The notes under the pieces are model-generated. The model did no database searches. It was given only the letters and a program-made list of their open reading frames with translations, and was not told the DNA's origin. The translations under genes were made by a program, and so were the position numbers. A stretch of 60,226 nucleotides of DNA from Clostridia bacterium. GTDB lineage: Bacteria > Bacillota > Clostridia > Christensenellales > Borkfalkiaceae. Below, piece after piece: positions 44,222-53,093 of the stretch (within the stretch, counting starts at the first letter, position 1; every line of letters begins with the position of its first letter). The stretch is from positions 1 to 60,226 of the forward strand of contig JAFWAN010000003.1 in assembly GCA_017507585.1 (NCBI GenBank). The letters are read 5' to 3'.

Positions 44222-45526
44222 TTAATTCTTTTTCTCTTTGATGTGGTGGAACCAACCTCTCGCTTTCGCGTGCTCGTGGCGAGCGCTGACTGCGCCTTCC
44301 GGGTCGATATCGCCTGCTTTTGTCAATGCAATCTTGGTCAGCAAAGGTCCGATCAACTCGTAGATAAGTACTGCAAACAAAGTAATGTTGCGGATCAGTA
44401 AGCCGCTGCCGCTGGTGAGTGCCATTGCTTTCATTGCCATACCGAGGGCGACGCCTGCTTGAGGCAAAAGGGTAATGCCGAGGTATTTAACGATGTTATC
44501 GTCGCAACCGGACATTTTTGCACTGAGGAACGCACCGGAATATTTCCCTGCCGAACGGCTGAGGATATATACGACGCCAATCAGGACAACCATAAGGTCG
44601 GTAAACAGCGACAATTCTAATTCTGCACCGCTAAGCACGAAGAAGAGTACAAACAAAGGCGCCGTCCAACGATCGACACGATCCATCAATTCTTCCGAGA
44701 AATCGCACACGTTGCAGAATACGGTCCCGAGCATCATACAAACGAGCAAGGACGAGAAACCGATATGCACTTTGCCGATGGAGAATTTTAACATAGAAAG
44801 CGCAATCGTCATAAAGACAAACGCTACCGATACGGACAGACGCTTTGAACGAGAATGGAAGAAACGTTCGCAGAAGTGGAAAAGGAAACCCATAATGGCA
44901 CCGAGTGCCAAAGAGAGGATTACTTCCAGCAAGGGTTCCACCAAAATGGAAAGAACGTCTACCGAGCCTGCGCCAAGCGCTTTTGCAATCCCGAAAGAAA
45001 TGGCGAATAAGACCAAACCCACGGCGTCGTCCAAAGCAACGACGGGCAATAAGATATCGGTTACGGGACCTTTTGCCTTGTACTGTTTTACAACCATCAA
45101 GGTTGCGGCAGGGGCGGTCGCCGCAGCGATTGCGCCAAGGACGATTGCCGCATCCAAGGGGATTAAATCAAAGAGATACATAACGAGTAACGCTGCGTCA
45201 ACCAACAGCGTGGTGACAACCGCTTGGAAAATGCCGACGATTGTGGCTTGCTTTCCGATTTTCTTCAGTTGCGATAAGCGAAATTCGTTCCCGATAGAGA
45301 AGGCGATAAAACCAAGCGCAACTTCACAAAGCAACGAGTATCCCTTTACGTCGTCCATAGAGATAAATCCCAAACCCTTGACCCCGAATGCGCCGAGGCA
45401 GTAGGGTCCGACCAGAATACCTGCAACCAGGTATGCGGTTACGGCGGGAAGTTTCACCAATTTGGCAAGACGTGACAACAGCAAGCCTGCCAATAAAGCG
45501 ATGGAAAGACTGAGTAAGGCTTCCAT
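44222..45526 (-). CDS. Cation:proton antiporter (Na+/H+ exchanger, CPA2-like)
   Basis: N-terminus LLLSRLAKLVKLPAVTAYLVAGILVGP is typical of the Na_H_Exchanger family. About 12 hydrophobic segments. GAAGGAG RBS. Confidence 0.85.
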   Translation of the reverse strand: MEALLSLSIALLAGLLLSRLAKLVKLPAVTAYLVAGILVGPYCLGAFGVKGLGFISMDDVKGYSLLCEVALGFIAFSIGNEFRLSQLKKIGKQATIVGIFQAVVTTLLVDAALLVMYLFDLIPLDAAIVLGAIAAATAPAATLMVVKQYKAKGPVTDILLPVVALDDAVGLVLFAISFGIAKALGAGSVDVLSILVEPLLEVILSLALGAIMGFLFHFCERFFHSRSKRLSVSVAFVFMTIALSMLKFSIGKVHIGFSSLLVCMMLGTVFCNVCDFSEELMDRVDRWTAPLFVLFFVLSGAELELSLFTDLMVVLIGVVYILSRSAGKYSGAFLSAKMSGCDDNIVKYLGITLLPQAGVALGMAMKAMALTSGSGLLIRNITLFAVLIYELIGPLLTKIALTKAGDIDPEGAVSARHEHAKARGWFHHIKEKKN

Positions 45527-45567
45527 AAATTTGCTCCTTCAAAGATAATTTTGTTAAATCGAAAGAC

Positions 45568-45596
45568 ATTATACTACTTCTAAACGGGAAAAGCAA
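45568..45596 (-). promoter_or_regulatory. SigA-type promoter (TTGCTT-17 nt-TATAAT) for the antiporter gene
   Basis: On the minus strand the -35 is at 45591-45596 and the -10 at 45568-45573. Confidence 0.55.
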
Positions 45597-45661
45597 TCGA
45601 AACAATGCAAAAAATGAAATATTTTGTAAAAAAATATATCCATTAATACGGGTTTCAAAGA

Positions 45662-45690
45662 TTGACAATTTTCGCGGAAATATATATAAT
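45662..45690 (+). promoter_or_regulatory. Consensus SigA promoter (TTGACA-17 nt-TATAAT) for nfnAB
   Basis: -35 at 45662-45667 and -10 at 45685-45690. The ORF-track start at 45662 coincides with the -35 element. Confidence 0.65.
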
Positions 45691-45721
45691 GATAAGGAGA
45701 TTGATTGGGAGAATTGAAAAT

Positions 45722-46564
45722 ATGTATCAAATTGTAAAAAAACAATCTTTAAATCCTACGGTCACAAAAATGGAAATAGCCGCTCCGTTCGTGGCGAAAA
45801 AGGCGTTACCCGGGCAGTTTATCATTTTGCGCGTGGATGAAGAGGGAGAGCGTATCCCTCTGACCATTGCCGATTACGATCGTGAAAGGGGCACCGTTAC
45901 CATTATATTCCAAATCGTGGGGGCGGGGACCCAAATGTTGAACGCGAAAAACGAAGGGGATTGTATTCCCGATTTCGTCGGGCCTTTGGGGAAACCTACG
46001 CATACCGAAGGGTTGAAAAAGGTTTGCGTGGTAGGAGGCGGCGTCGGTTGCGCGATCGCGCTGCCCGTTGCTAAGGCCTTGCACGCGCAAGGCGCAGAGG
46101 TCACCTCAATCATCGGCTTCCGCAACCAGGATCTTGTGATTTTGGAAGAAGAATTTAAGGCGTGTTCGACCGATTTTCATATTATGACGGACGACGGTTC
46201 GTACGGGCGTCAAGGCAACGTTTGCGTGCCTTTGAAAGAGTTGTTGGAAAAAGGTGAACGCTTTGACGAAGTTATCACCATCGGACCTTTGATTATGATG
46301 AAATTTGTTTGCGCGACGACCAAAGAATACGGAGTGAAGACGATCGCCAGTATGAACCCGATTATGATCGACGGTACGGGTATGTGCGGCGGTTGCCGTT
46401 TAACGGTAGGCGGTGAAATGAAATTCGCTTGCGTGGACGGACCGGAATTTGATGGGCATTTGATCGATTTTGACGAGGCAATGAGCCGTTCTCGCGCGTA
46501 TGTCGATTTTGAGACGAGAGAAAGAGAAACGAACTGTAACTTGTTTAAAAAGGAGGTTCAATAA
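45722..46564 (+). CDS. nfnA: NfnA / sulfide-dehydrogenase-type FAD, 2Fe-2S ferredoxin-NADP+ reductase subunit
   Basis: MYQIVKKQSLNPTVTKMEIAAP...GQFIILRV...RIPLTIADYD, with the C-terminal Cys motif GMCGGCRLTV...FACVDGPEF. Confidence 0.8.
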   Translation: MYQIVKKQSLNPTVTKMEIAAPFVAKKALPGQFIILRVDEEGERIPLTIADYDRERGTVTIIFQIVGAGTQMLNAKNEGDCIPDFVGPLGKPTHTEGLKKVCVVGGGVGCAIALPVAKALHAQGAEVTSIIGFRNQDLVILEEEFKACSTDFHIMTDDGSYGRQGNVCVPLKELLEKGERFDEVITIGPLIMMKFVCATTKEYGVKTIASMNPIMIDGTGMCGGCRLTVGGEMKFACVDGPEFDGHLIDFDEAMSRSRAYVDFETRERETNCNLFKKEVQ

Positions 46565-46565
46565 G

Positions 46566-47987
46566 ATGGCTAAATTCAATATGAACCCCTTAAAAAATCC
46601 TATGCCTACGCAGGATGCTGAGGTGAGAAACGGCAATTTTGACGAAGTGGCGTTGGGCTATACTGCCGAAATGGCAATCGACGAGGCGAAGCGTTGTATC
46701 GGTTGTAAAAATCGTCCTTGCGTAGCGGCTTGCCCCGTCAATATTAAAATTCCCGAATTCATCGCAAAAGTTGCAGAAGGCGATTTCGAAGCGGCGTATC
46801 AGATTATTGCGGAAGATTCGTCTTTGCCTGCGGTTTGCGGTCGAGTTTGTCCCCAGGAAACCCAATGTGAAGGCAAATGCACCCGCGGCATCAAGGCAGG
46901 GTGTGAAGCGGTCGGTATCGGCCGTTTGGAACGCTTTGTTGCCGATTGGCACAATGCAAATTGCAGCGTTCAACCCGTACCTGCCCCCTCCAATGGACAT
47001 AAAGTAGCGGTTGTAGGCAGTGGCCCCGCTGGCTTGACCTGCGCGGGCGATTTGGCGAAAATGGGCTACGACGTGACGGTGTTTGAGGCGTTGCACGTGG
47101 CGGGTGGCGTACTCGTTTACGGTATCCCCGAATTCCGTTTGCCCAAGGCAATCGTGAAAAAGGAAGTGGACAATTTGAAAGCCCTCGGTGTGAAGGTGGA
47201 AACCAATATGGTTATCGGCCGTGTTATTACCATTGAAGAGCTTAAATCAGAATACGGCTTTGAGGCGGTATTTATCGGTTCGGGCGCAGGATTGCCCAAA
47301 TTTATGAATATCCCCGGGGAAAGCCTTAAAGGGGTATATTCCGCTAACGAATTTTTAACCCGCTCTAATTTAATGAAAGCGTATAGAACGGACAGCCATA
47401 CCCCCATTCAAAGAGGGAAATGCGTGGCGGTTGTAGGCGGCGGCAACGTAGCGATGGACGCAGCCCGTACGGCAAAGCGTTTGGGTGCGGAGGTGCATAT
47501 TATTTACCGCCGAGGCGAAGAGGAATTGCCTGCGCGCCGTGAAGAAATCGAGCACGCGAAAGAGGAAGGCATTATCTTTGACCTGTTGACCAATCCTACG
47601 CAGATTTTGGCGACCCCCGTCAGCGATCCCCGCGATCCGAATTTTGGTTGGGTCAGCGGTATCGAATGTGTGCGAATGGAGCTTGGCGAGCCGGATGAAA
47701 GCGGCAGACGTTCGCCGAAGGTGGTAGAGGGCAGTCAGTTCGTTATCCCCGTAGATTGCGTCATTATGTCGTTGGGGACTTCGCCCAATCCCTTGTTGAA
47801 GGCAACGACCCCCGCTTTGCAGACCTTGCGTCGCGGTGAAATCGCGGTAGATGAAGTGGGCAAAACCTCGATAGAAGGGGTGTATTGCGGCGGAGATGCG
47901 GCAACGGGCGCGGCAACCGTTATCAAAGCGATGGGCGCAGGTAAAGTTGCTGCAAAAGCCATTGACGAATATATTCAAAGCAAATAA
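46566..47987 (+). CDS. nfnB: NfnB / glutamate-synthase-small-subunit-like NADPH-dependent oxidoreductase
   Basis: Two Fe-S Cys clusters (CIGCKNRPCVAACP and CGRVCPQETQCEGKC) and two dinucleotide folds (VAVVGSGPAGLTCA and VAVVGGGNVAMD). AGGAGG RBS. The start lies 2 nt after nfnA. Confidence 0.85.
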   Translation: MAKFNMNPLKNPMPTQDAEVRNGNFDEVALGYTAEMAIDEAKRCIGCKNRPCVAACPVNIKIPEFIAKVAEGDFEAAYQIIAEDSSLPAVCGRVCPQETQCEGKCTRGIKAGCEAVGIGRLERFVADWHNANCSVQPVPAPSNGHKVAVVGSGPAGLTCAGDLAKMGYDVTVFEALHVAGGVLVYGIPEFRLPKAIVKKEVDNLKALGVKVETNMVIGRVITIEELKSEYGFEAVFIGSGAGLPKFMNIPGESLKGVYSANEFLTRSNLMKAYRTDSHTPIQRGKCVAVVGGGNVAMDAARTAKRLGAEVHIIYRRGEEELPARREEIEHAKEEGIIFDLLTNPTQILATPVSDPRDPNFGWVSGIECVRMELGEPDESGRRSPKVVEGSQFVIPVDCVIMSLGTSPNPLLKATTPALQTLRRGEIAVDEVGKTSIEGVYCGGDAATGAATVIKAMGAGKVAAKAIDEYIQSK

Positions 47988-47994
47988 CATGCAG

Positions 47995-48023
47995 ACGGAG
48001 CGTTTTTTACGCTCCGTTTTTTC
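47995..48023 (+). terminator. Rho-independent terminator after nfnB
   Basis: ACGGAGCG-TTTTTTA-CGCTCCGT followed by TTTTTT. Confidence 0.8.
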
Positions 48024-48032
48024 TGTAAATCA

Positions 48033-48061
48033 TTGACTTCGTCAATGAAGTATGATAAAAT
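48033..48061 (+). promoter_or_regulatory. SigA-type promoter (TTGACT-17 nt-TAAAAT) ending 6 nt before the yfhO ATG
   Basis: -35 at 48033-48038 and -10 at 48056-48061. The -35 sits inside the palindrome CATTGAC-TTC-GTCAATG (48031-48047). Confidence 0.55.
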
Positions 48062-48067
48062 AGTTCT

Positions 48068-50851
48068 ATGGAAAAGACAAAACAAACAAAAACAGCAACT
48101 GTTAAACAAAAGATGGGCGCGTTTTTTGAACGGAACTACGCGCTGTTTTTTGCGCCTTTATTGGTGGCGACCTTATATATCGCCGCCTTGATTTTGTATA
48201 GGGTAGAACCGTTTGGCGGCGAGTATACGGCCGCAAGCTACGACTTATCGGCGCAAATTTGTCCGTTTATCGAACACCTCTTTGACGTTTTGCAGGGAAA
48301 ATCCACGTTGACGTATTCGTACGCGATTGTTGGCGGCGCGGACGTGACGGGGACCTTTTTATATTTCTTCGTCAGCCCGTTCAGTTTTCTGTTTTTAATT
48401 TTCGGGGACGGTAAGGTTGCTTATGCAAGCAGTATCGTTATGATTTTTAAATTGGCGGCGATTGCGTTTGCGGGCGCGTGGTTTGCAAAGAAGCAATTTC
48501 AACACATCCCCGATTACGTTTGCATCGGCGTTGGTACGGTGTATGCGTATTGCGGGTATATGTTCGTGGCAAACACGTACATCAACTGGATGGATTTTCT
48601 CATTTATATGCCTTTCTGCGCTGCGGCGTTTCGGCATTTTGTCAAAACCGATAAATTTTTACCCTTCTCCATTTTGGTGGCGTGTTGCATTTATACTTGC
48701 TTTTCAATTGCCTGTTTTTCGCTGTTTACCGTCTTTCCCGCATTGATTGCGTATGCGTTGATTTGTGTGGAAAAGGAACGCAGAAACCATTTCATCGCAT
48801 ACCTGTGCCTGTCCTTTGTGGTGGCACTGCTGATTTCGTTGCCGATATTGTTGCCTGCGCTCGGTGCATTCACGCGAAGCGCGCGCGGCGGCGATTTGTT
48901 TGAAAACGTATGGTACGGATACAGCGTGTCGTCGGAAGGCGTGATTGGGGATTTTAATTCGTCCTCCTTTATAGATACTTACGCGCAATCGGTGTATAGA
49001 AAATGGTCGTACATCGTCGCGGATTCGATTTTCCTTTTATTGACACTCTGGTGGTTTATTCGCACGGGGTTGAAAGATAAGTTTGCCCGTTTTATGTTGG
49101 TGGCGGCGGGTTTGACACTGTTGCCCTTGGTGGTGGACGAGTCGATGAATTTGCTAAATATGGGCTCGTATATGTCCTATGCGTTGCGTTTCGGCTTTTT
49201 AAACGCGCTGTTTTTCCTTGGCGGAGCGTGCTTAGCGCTGGATGGGATTTTTAAAAAGGAATACGCTTACGACGGGACGTCGCTGTACGAGGACCGTTTG
49301 GCTACGATGCCGCTTGAAGGAGATTTAACGGCAGAAGCAGTATATCAAGAAGCGGAAGTCGTTCATATCGTTCAGCGTAACGTACCCGTAAAAAAATTAG
49401 AGAAGCCTCATAAAAACGTAGGTGTAGGTGCGTACGTCTGTATGAGTTTGTTGATTGTTTTGGCTGTGTTCGCGGCGGCGATTATTGCTTTTGTTTCGAT
49501 TAAAGGCGGGGAAAAAGTATTTTGGAGCTGGTTTATTCAGGACGAAGAAACGTTAAAATCGATCAACGGTTTTTCTGCGCGCTTGGCGCATTCGCTCGGC
49601 GGGATCGAGGTCATCGTGATCCCTGCGGTGTTGGTTGCGTTGACGATGATGCTCGGCGGATTTATGTTGGCAAAACGCAAAATCAGCCTGCGCTTTTTAT
49701 CTATAGTGTTGATGGCGGTGGTAGGGATGCAGGTGATATTTTACAACAGCCACCTTGTGGCAGGAAACTCCTCAACCCAACACGTAAACGTGGGGCATTA
49801 TCAGGATATTTGCGCGGTATTGAACGAACGGGACGATTCGTATTTCCGTGTGAAAGACCACGATGATAAACTGACGGCGTGCGTACCGTTTTCAGGTGAT
49901 GCCAATTCGTTCAGTGTCTTTTCCTCGGTCATTGATAAAGACAATTTTGCAACCTATCAGTTGTTTGGGTATCTCGGTAATGGTAAAAACAGCTTCAAGA
50001 GCGGGCATAACAGTAAAAAATACAACCGCAGTGACGAATTTGGCGATGCGTTTTTGGGGTATAAGTACTTTATCAAGTACGTCAATCCCAGCGATAAAAA
50101 CCATACGGTTGAAGAACAGTTGGAAAGCTTTGAGAAGAAGAAAACTTACCTTAAAAGAGTGACGGAAACCAACGAAAAAGGGGAAAAGGTACAGCTTCAC
50201 CGCGGCAATTTCTACGTATATGAAAATAAAATTGTTTTTCCGCTTGGCTATCGTGTCAAAGGCGGCGACGGATACGCTTTTGAGGTGGAGAGTATCTCCA
50301 ACAGCACCAACCGTCGAATCAATCAGGCGGCGTTGTACAAATATTTACGCGGAGAAGATTTGAAATCGTTTACAGGTAGCCAATACGTGACCCCGACCTC
50401 TGCAACCGAGCTTAGCGAATACCTTTGGGATAAGGCGGCGGACGTCGAGGTGGGCGCAGGGCAAATCACGGCGCGCGTTACGGCGGATAAGGGCGAAAAC
50501 TTGATGCTGAGCTTCGTTGCGTCGAAGGGATATACCGTGACGGTAAACGGGAAAAAGGTAACCCCCGTGGACAATGATTTAAAATTGCTGTTGATTCCTT
50601 TGGAGGCAGGGGAAAACGAGGTCGTCTGCACCTATTCTTCGCCGTACGTGAAATATACAGTGGTCGGGTGCGGTGGCGGAATTATGGCGCTGCTCCTCGT
50701 GTGGCTGATTTTGAAAAAGACAAAACTCATATCCGCTTGTTCGGGCGTGATCGCGTGGGCAGGGATATTGCTTGCGGTGGCGGTGGTAGCTTTCTTTATG
50801 CTGTACCCCACTTGCGTGTTCGCGGTAAAATTGTTAGAATTATTATTATAG
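48068..50851 (+). CDS. yfhO: YfhO-family polytopic membrane protein (putative glycosyl-transfer / cell-envelope glycosylation)
   Basis: 927 aa with many TM segments in the N-terminal ~570 aa, a large extracytoplasmic domain and C-terminal TM helices. The N-terminal ...VEPFGGEYTAASYDLSAQICPF... matches the YfhO pattern. Confidence 0.75.
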   Translation: MEKTKQTKTATVKQKMGAFFERNYALFFAPLLVATLYIAALILYRVEPFGGEYTAASYDLSAQICPFIEHLFDVLQGKSTLTYSYAIVGGADVTGTFLYFFVSPFSFLFLIFGDGKVAYASSIVMIFKLAAIAFAGAWFAKKQFQHIPDYVCIGVGTVYAYCGYMFVANTYINWMDFLIYMPFCAAAFRHFVKTDKFLPFSILVACCIYTCFSIACFSLFTVFPALIAYALICVEKERRNHFIAYLCLSFVVALLISLPILLPALGAFTRSARGGDLFENVWYGYSVSSEGVIGDFNSSSFIDTYAQSVYRKWSYIVADSIFLLLTLWWFIRTGLKDKFARFMLVAAGLTLLPLVVDESMNLLNMGSYMSYALRFGFLNALFFLGGACLALDGIFKKEYAYDGTSLYEDRLATMPLEGDLTAEAVYQEAEVVHIVQRNVPVKKLEKPHKNVGVGAYVCMSLLIVLAVFAAAIIAFVSIKGGEKVFWSWFIQDEETLKSINGFSARLAHSLGGIEVIVIPAVLVALTMMLGGFMLAKRKISLRFLSIVLMAVVGMQVIFYNSHLVAGNSSTQHVNVGHYQDICAVLNERDDSYFRVKDHDDKLTACVPFSGDANSFSVFSSVIDKDNFATYQLFGYLGNGKNSFKSGHNSKKYNRSDEFGDAFLGYKYFIKYVNPSDKNHTVEEQLESFEKKKTYLKRVTETNEKGEKVQLHRGNFYVYENKIVFPLGYRVKGGDGYAFEVESISNSTNRRINQAALYKYLRGEDLKSFTGSQYVTPTSATELSEYLWDKAADVEVGAGQITARVTADKGENLMLSFVASKGYTVTVNGKKVTPVDNDLKLLLIPLEAGENEVVCTYSSPYVKYTVVGCGGGIMALLLVWLILKKTKLISACSGVIAWAGILLAVAVVAFFMLYPTCVFAVKLLELLL

Positions 50852-50873
50852 CCGATATAGGGAGATAATGATT

Positions 50874-53093
50874 ATGGATTACGCTGCAAAAGCAAAAGCA
50901 TTGGTAAAGAAAATGACCCTCAACGAAAAGGTTGGGCAATTGGCGCAACGTCCTTGGGGTTTTACCGCCTACACGCGCGATGAAAACGGCGAAATTGTTT
51001 TAACGGAAGAATTTAAGCAATACGTTTTAAAATTCGGTGGCTTGGGTGTTCTTTATGGATATTTCCGCTCTGATCCTTGGAGTCAGCGTTATTATAAGAC
51101 GGGCGGTATCGTGGCTGCTGAACGGGAAAAGGCGTACAATATTTTGCAGAAATTCGTTGTGGAAAATACGCGGTTGGGCATCCCGGTTTTGATGGCAGGC
51201 GACGCGCCCCACGGCAGGCAAGTCTTGGATGGGGTGATTTACCCTGTCAGTTTAAACGTGGGATGTTCGTTTAATCCCGAAGCGTACGCAAAGCAGACGG
51301 AGGAAATCGGCCGAGAATCAAAGCTTGGCGGGGTATACGTACCTTATCTTTCCGTGTTCGATATGGCGATAGACCCGCGCTGGGGGCGGTTTGAAGAATG
51401 TTTCTCTGAGGATCCTTATCTTGCCTCTAAGATGTGTGAAAGCGCGGTCGTCGGTATGCACAAAGCGGATAATATGGTCTGCTGTAAACATTACTTGGCG
51501 CAAGGCAGCGCGGTCGGTGCGCATAACGGCGGTATCAGCAATCTTGGCGAACGAGAGGTGCGCGAAATTCATTTACCGCCAGTACAAGCGGCTGTAAGCG
51601 CAGGGTGTGAATTTATTATGGCAACTTACAGTGAAATCGACGGCGAGCCTTGCCATGCAAGCTCGTATTATCTTAAGACGGTTCTGCGTGACGAGCTTGG
51701 TTTTTCAGGGGTTGTTTGCGCAGACGGTTGCGCGGTGGATCAGTTGATAGATTTTTGTGGAGAAGATATCGTAAAGACGGGTGCCGTTGCTGTGCGCGCA
51801 GGGGTAAACTGCGGTTTATGGGACGAAGGCATGACGCATTTGGAGGAAGCGGTGGAAAAGGGGTACGTCACTGAAGCAGAGATCGACGAAGCGGTGTGCC
51901 TTTTGTTAGAAAAGAAATTTCAATGCGGATTGATGGAAAATCCTTACCTGCCTGAAAACGGGCAATCGGTAAAATATTTGCAATCGGGTCAAGGGCAGTC
52001 GGTTGCCTACGATATGGCGTGCGAAAGCTTGGTGCTTTTGAAAAACCAAGGGGTTTTACCTTTGAAAAAACAACGCGTCTTGTTGATAGGGGGAAATCTT
52101 GACAACATATATTATATGTTGGGGGATTATACGCCTGAGAAAAAAGACGTACGGACAATCAGGGAGATTTTTGAGGAAAACGGCGCGACGTATTTGCAGG
52201 GTTGGACTTTTGAAGATGGCGTGACGGTTTCGGAGGAAGAGCTTGCCCTTGCGGTATCCAAAGCCGACGTGATCGTGTTCGGCGCAGGTGGCAGCAGCGT
52301 GCGCGATTTTGAAAGTATTTATAACGATGCAGGGGCAATTATTCAGGCAAAGGGCAAATATATGGATTGCGGCGAAGGCTGTGACCTTGCAGAATTAAAA
52401 TTAAAATCCTGCCAGCTTGAACTCTTACAAAAATTATCTGCATACAACAAGCCGATCGTCAGCATTGTTTTGGCGGGTCGGGCGTACGTTTTAACAGAGC
52501 TTTCCGCATATTCGGACGCAGTCGTTTGGTGCGGATATCCCGGTCAGGAGGGGGCAAAAGCCGTTTATGACACCTTATTTGGCGCGCGCAACGCCTTTGG
52601 ACGGTTGTCTTTCTCTATGCCTAAAAGTGTTGGGCAGCTGCCGATTTATTACAATTATAAACGCAGTACGTCTTACGTTGAGATGGATGATAAACCGTTG
52701 TATGCGTTTGGATATGGGTTGAGTTACTCTGCCTTTGCGTACAGCGATATCGCCGTGACGGAAAAGAGCTTGGCTGACCTGAAAGCGGGTGAAAAAATAG
52801 AGGTTTCTTTCACTGTGAAAAATGTTTCCGACTGCGCGGGAAAGGCTGTGCCGCAGTTGTACGTATACAGAAGCGGCGGTACGGTTTCGCACCGTTTAAA
52901 AGAGTTAAAGGGATTTGAAAAGGTAACCCTTGCGGCGGGGGAAAGCAAGCGCGTGACCTTCCGTTTGGGTTTTGATGAGCTGAAAGAATGGTCGATTTTG
53001 AAAAAGTACGAAATGTATCCGCATAGATTGAAATTGATGTTGGGAAACGCAAGCAACGACTTTGTTTGGCAGACGACGTTGGAGGTAAAATAA
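50874..53093 (+). CDS. GH3 beta-glucosidase/exo-glycosidase with C-terminal Fn3-like domain
   Basis: KMTLNEKVGQL, GIPVLMAGDAPHG, KHYLAQGS and GFSGVVCADG motifs. I prefer the ATG at 50874 because its GGGAGA RBS spacing of 8 nt is better than for 50868. No signal peptide. Confidence 0.85.
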   Translation: MDYAAKAKALVKKMTLNEKVGQLAQRPWGFTAYTRDENGEIVLTEEFKQYVLKFGGLGVLYGYFRSDPWSQRYYKTGGIVAAEREKAYNILQKFVVENTRLGIPVLMAGDAPHGRQVLDGVIYPVSLNVGCSFNPEAYAKQTEEIGRESKLGGVYVPYLSVFDMAIDPRWGRFEECFSEDPYLASKMCESAVVGMHKADNMVCCKHYLAQGSAVGAHNGGISNLGEREVREIHLPPVQAAVSAGCEFIMATYSEIDGEPCHASSYYLKTVLRDELGFSGVVCADGCAVDQLIDFCGEDIVKTGAVAVRAGVNCGLWDEGMTHLEEAVEKGYVTEAEIDEAVCLLLEKKFQCGLMENPYLPENGQSVKYLQSGQGQSVAYDMACESLVLLKNQGVLPLKKQRVLLIGGNLDNIYYMLGDYTPEKKDVRTIREIFEENGATYLQGWTFEDGVTVSEEELALAVSKADVIVFGAGGSSVRDFESIYNDAGAIIQAKGKYMDCGEGCDLAELKLKSCQLELLQKLSAYNKPIVSIVLAGRAYVLTELSAYSDAVVWCGYPGQEGAKAVYDTLFGARNAFGRLSFSMPKSVGQLPIYYNYKRSTSYVEMDDKPLYAFGYGLSYSAFAYSDIAVTEKSLADLKAGEKIEVSFTVKNVSDCAGKAVPQLYVYRSGGTVSHRLKELKGFEKVTLAAGESKRVTFRLGFDELKEWSILKKYEMYPHRLKLMLGNASNDFVWQTTLEVK

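Noticed and set aside
44475-45404. 309-aa ORF antisense to the cation/H+ antiporter gene
   Set aside because: It is a shadow ORF. The predicted protein is Ser/Thr/Pro/Lys-rich and low-complexity. The sense strand encodes a typical 12-TM exchanger with an RBS and promoter.
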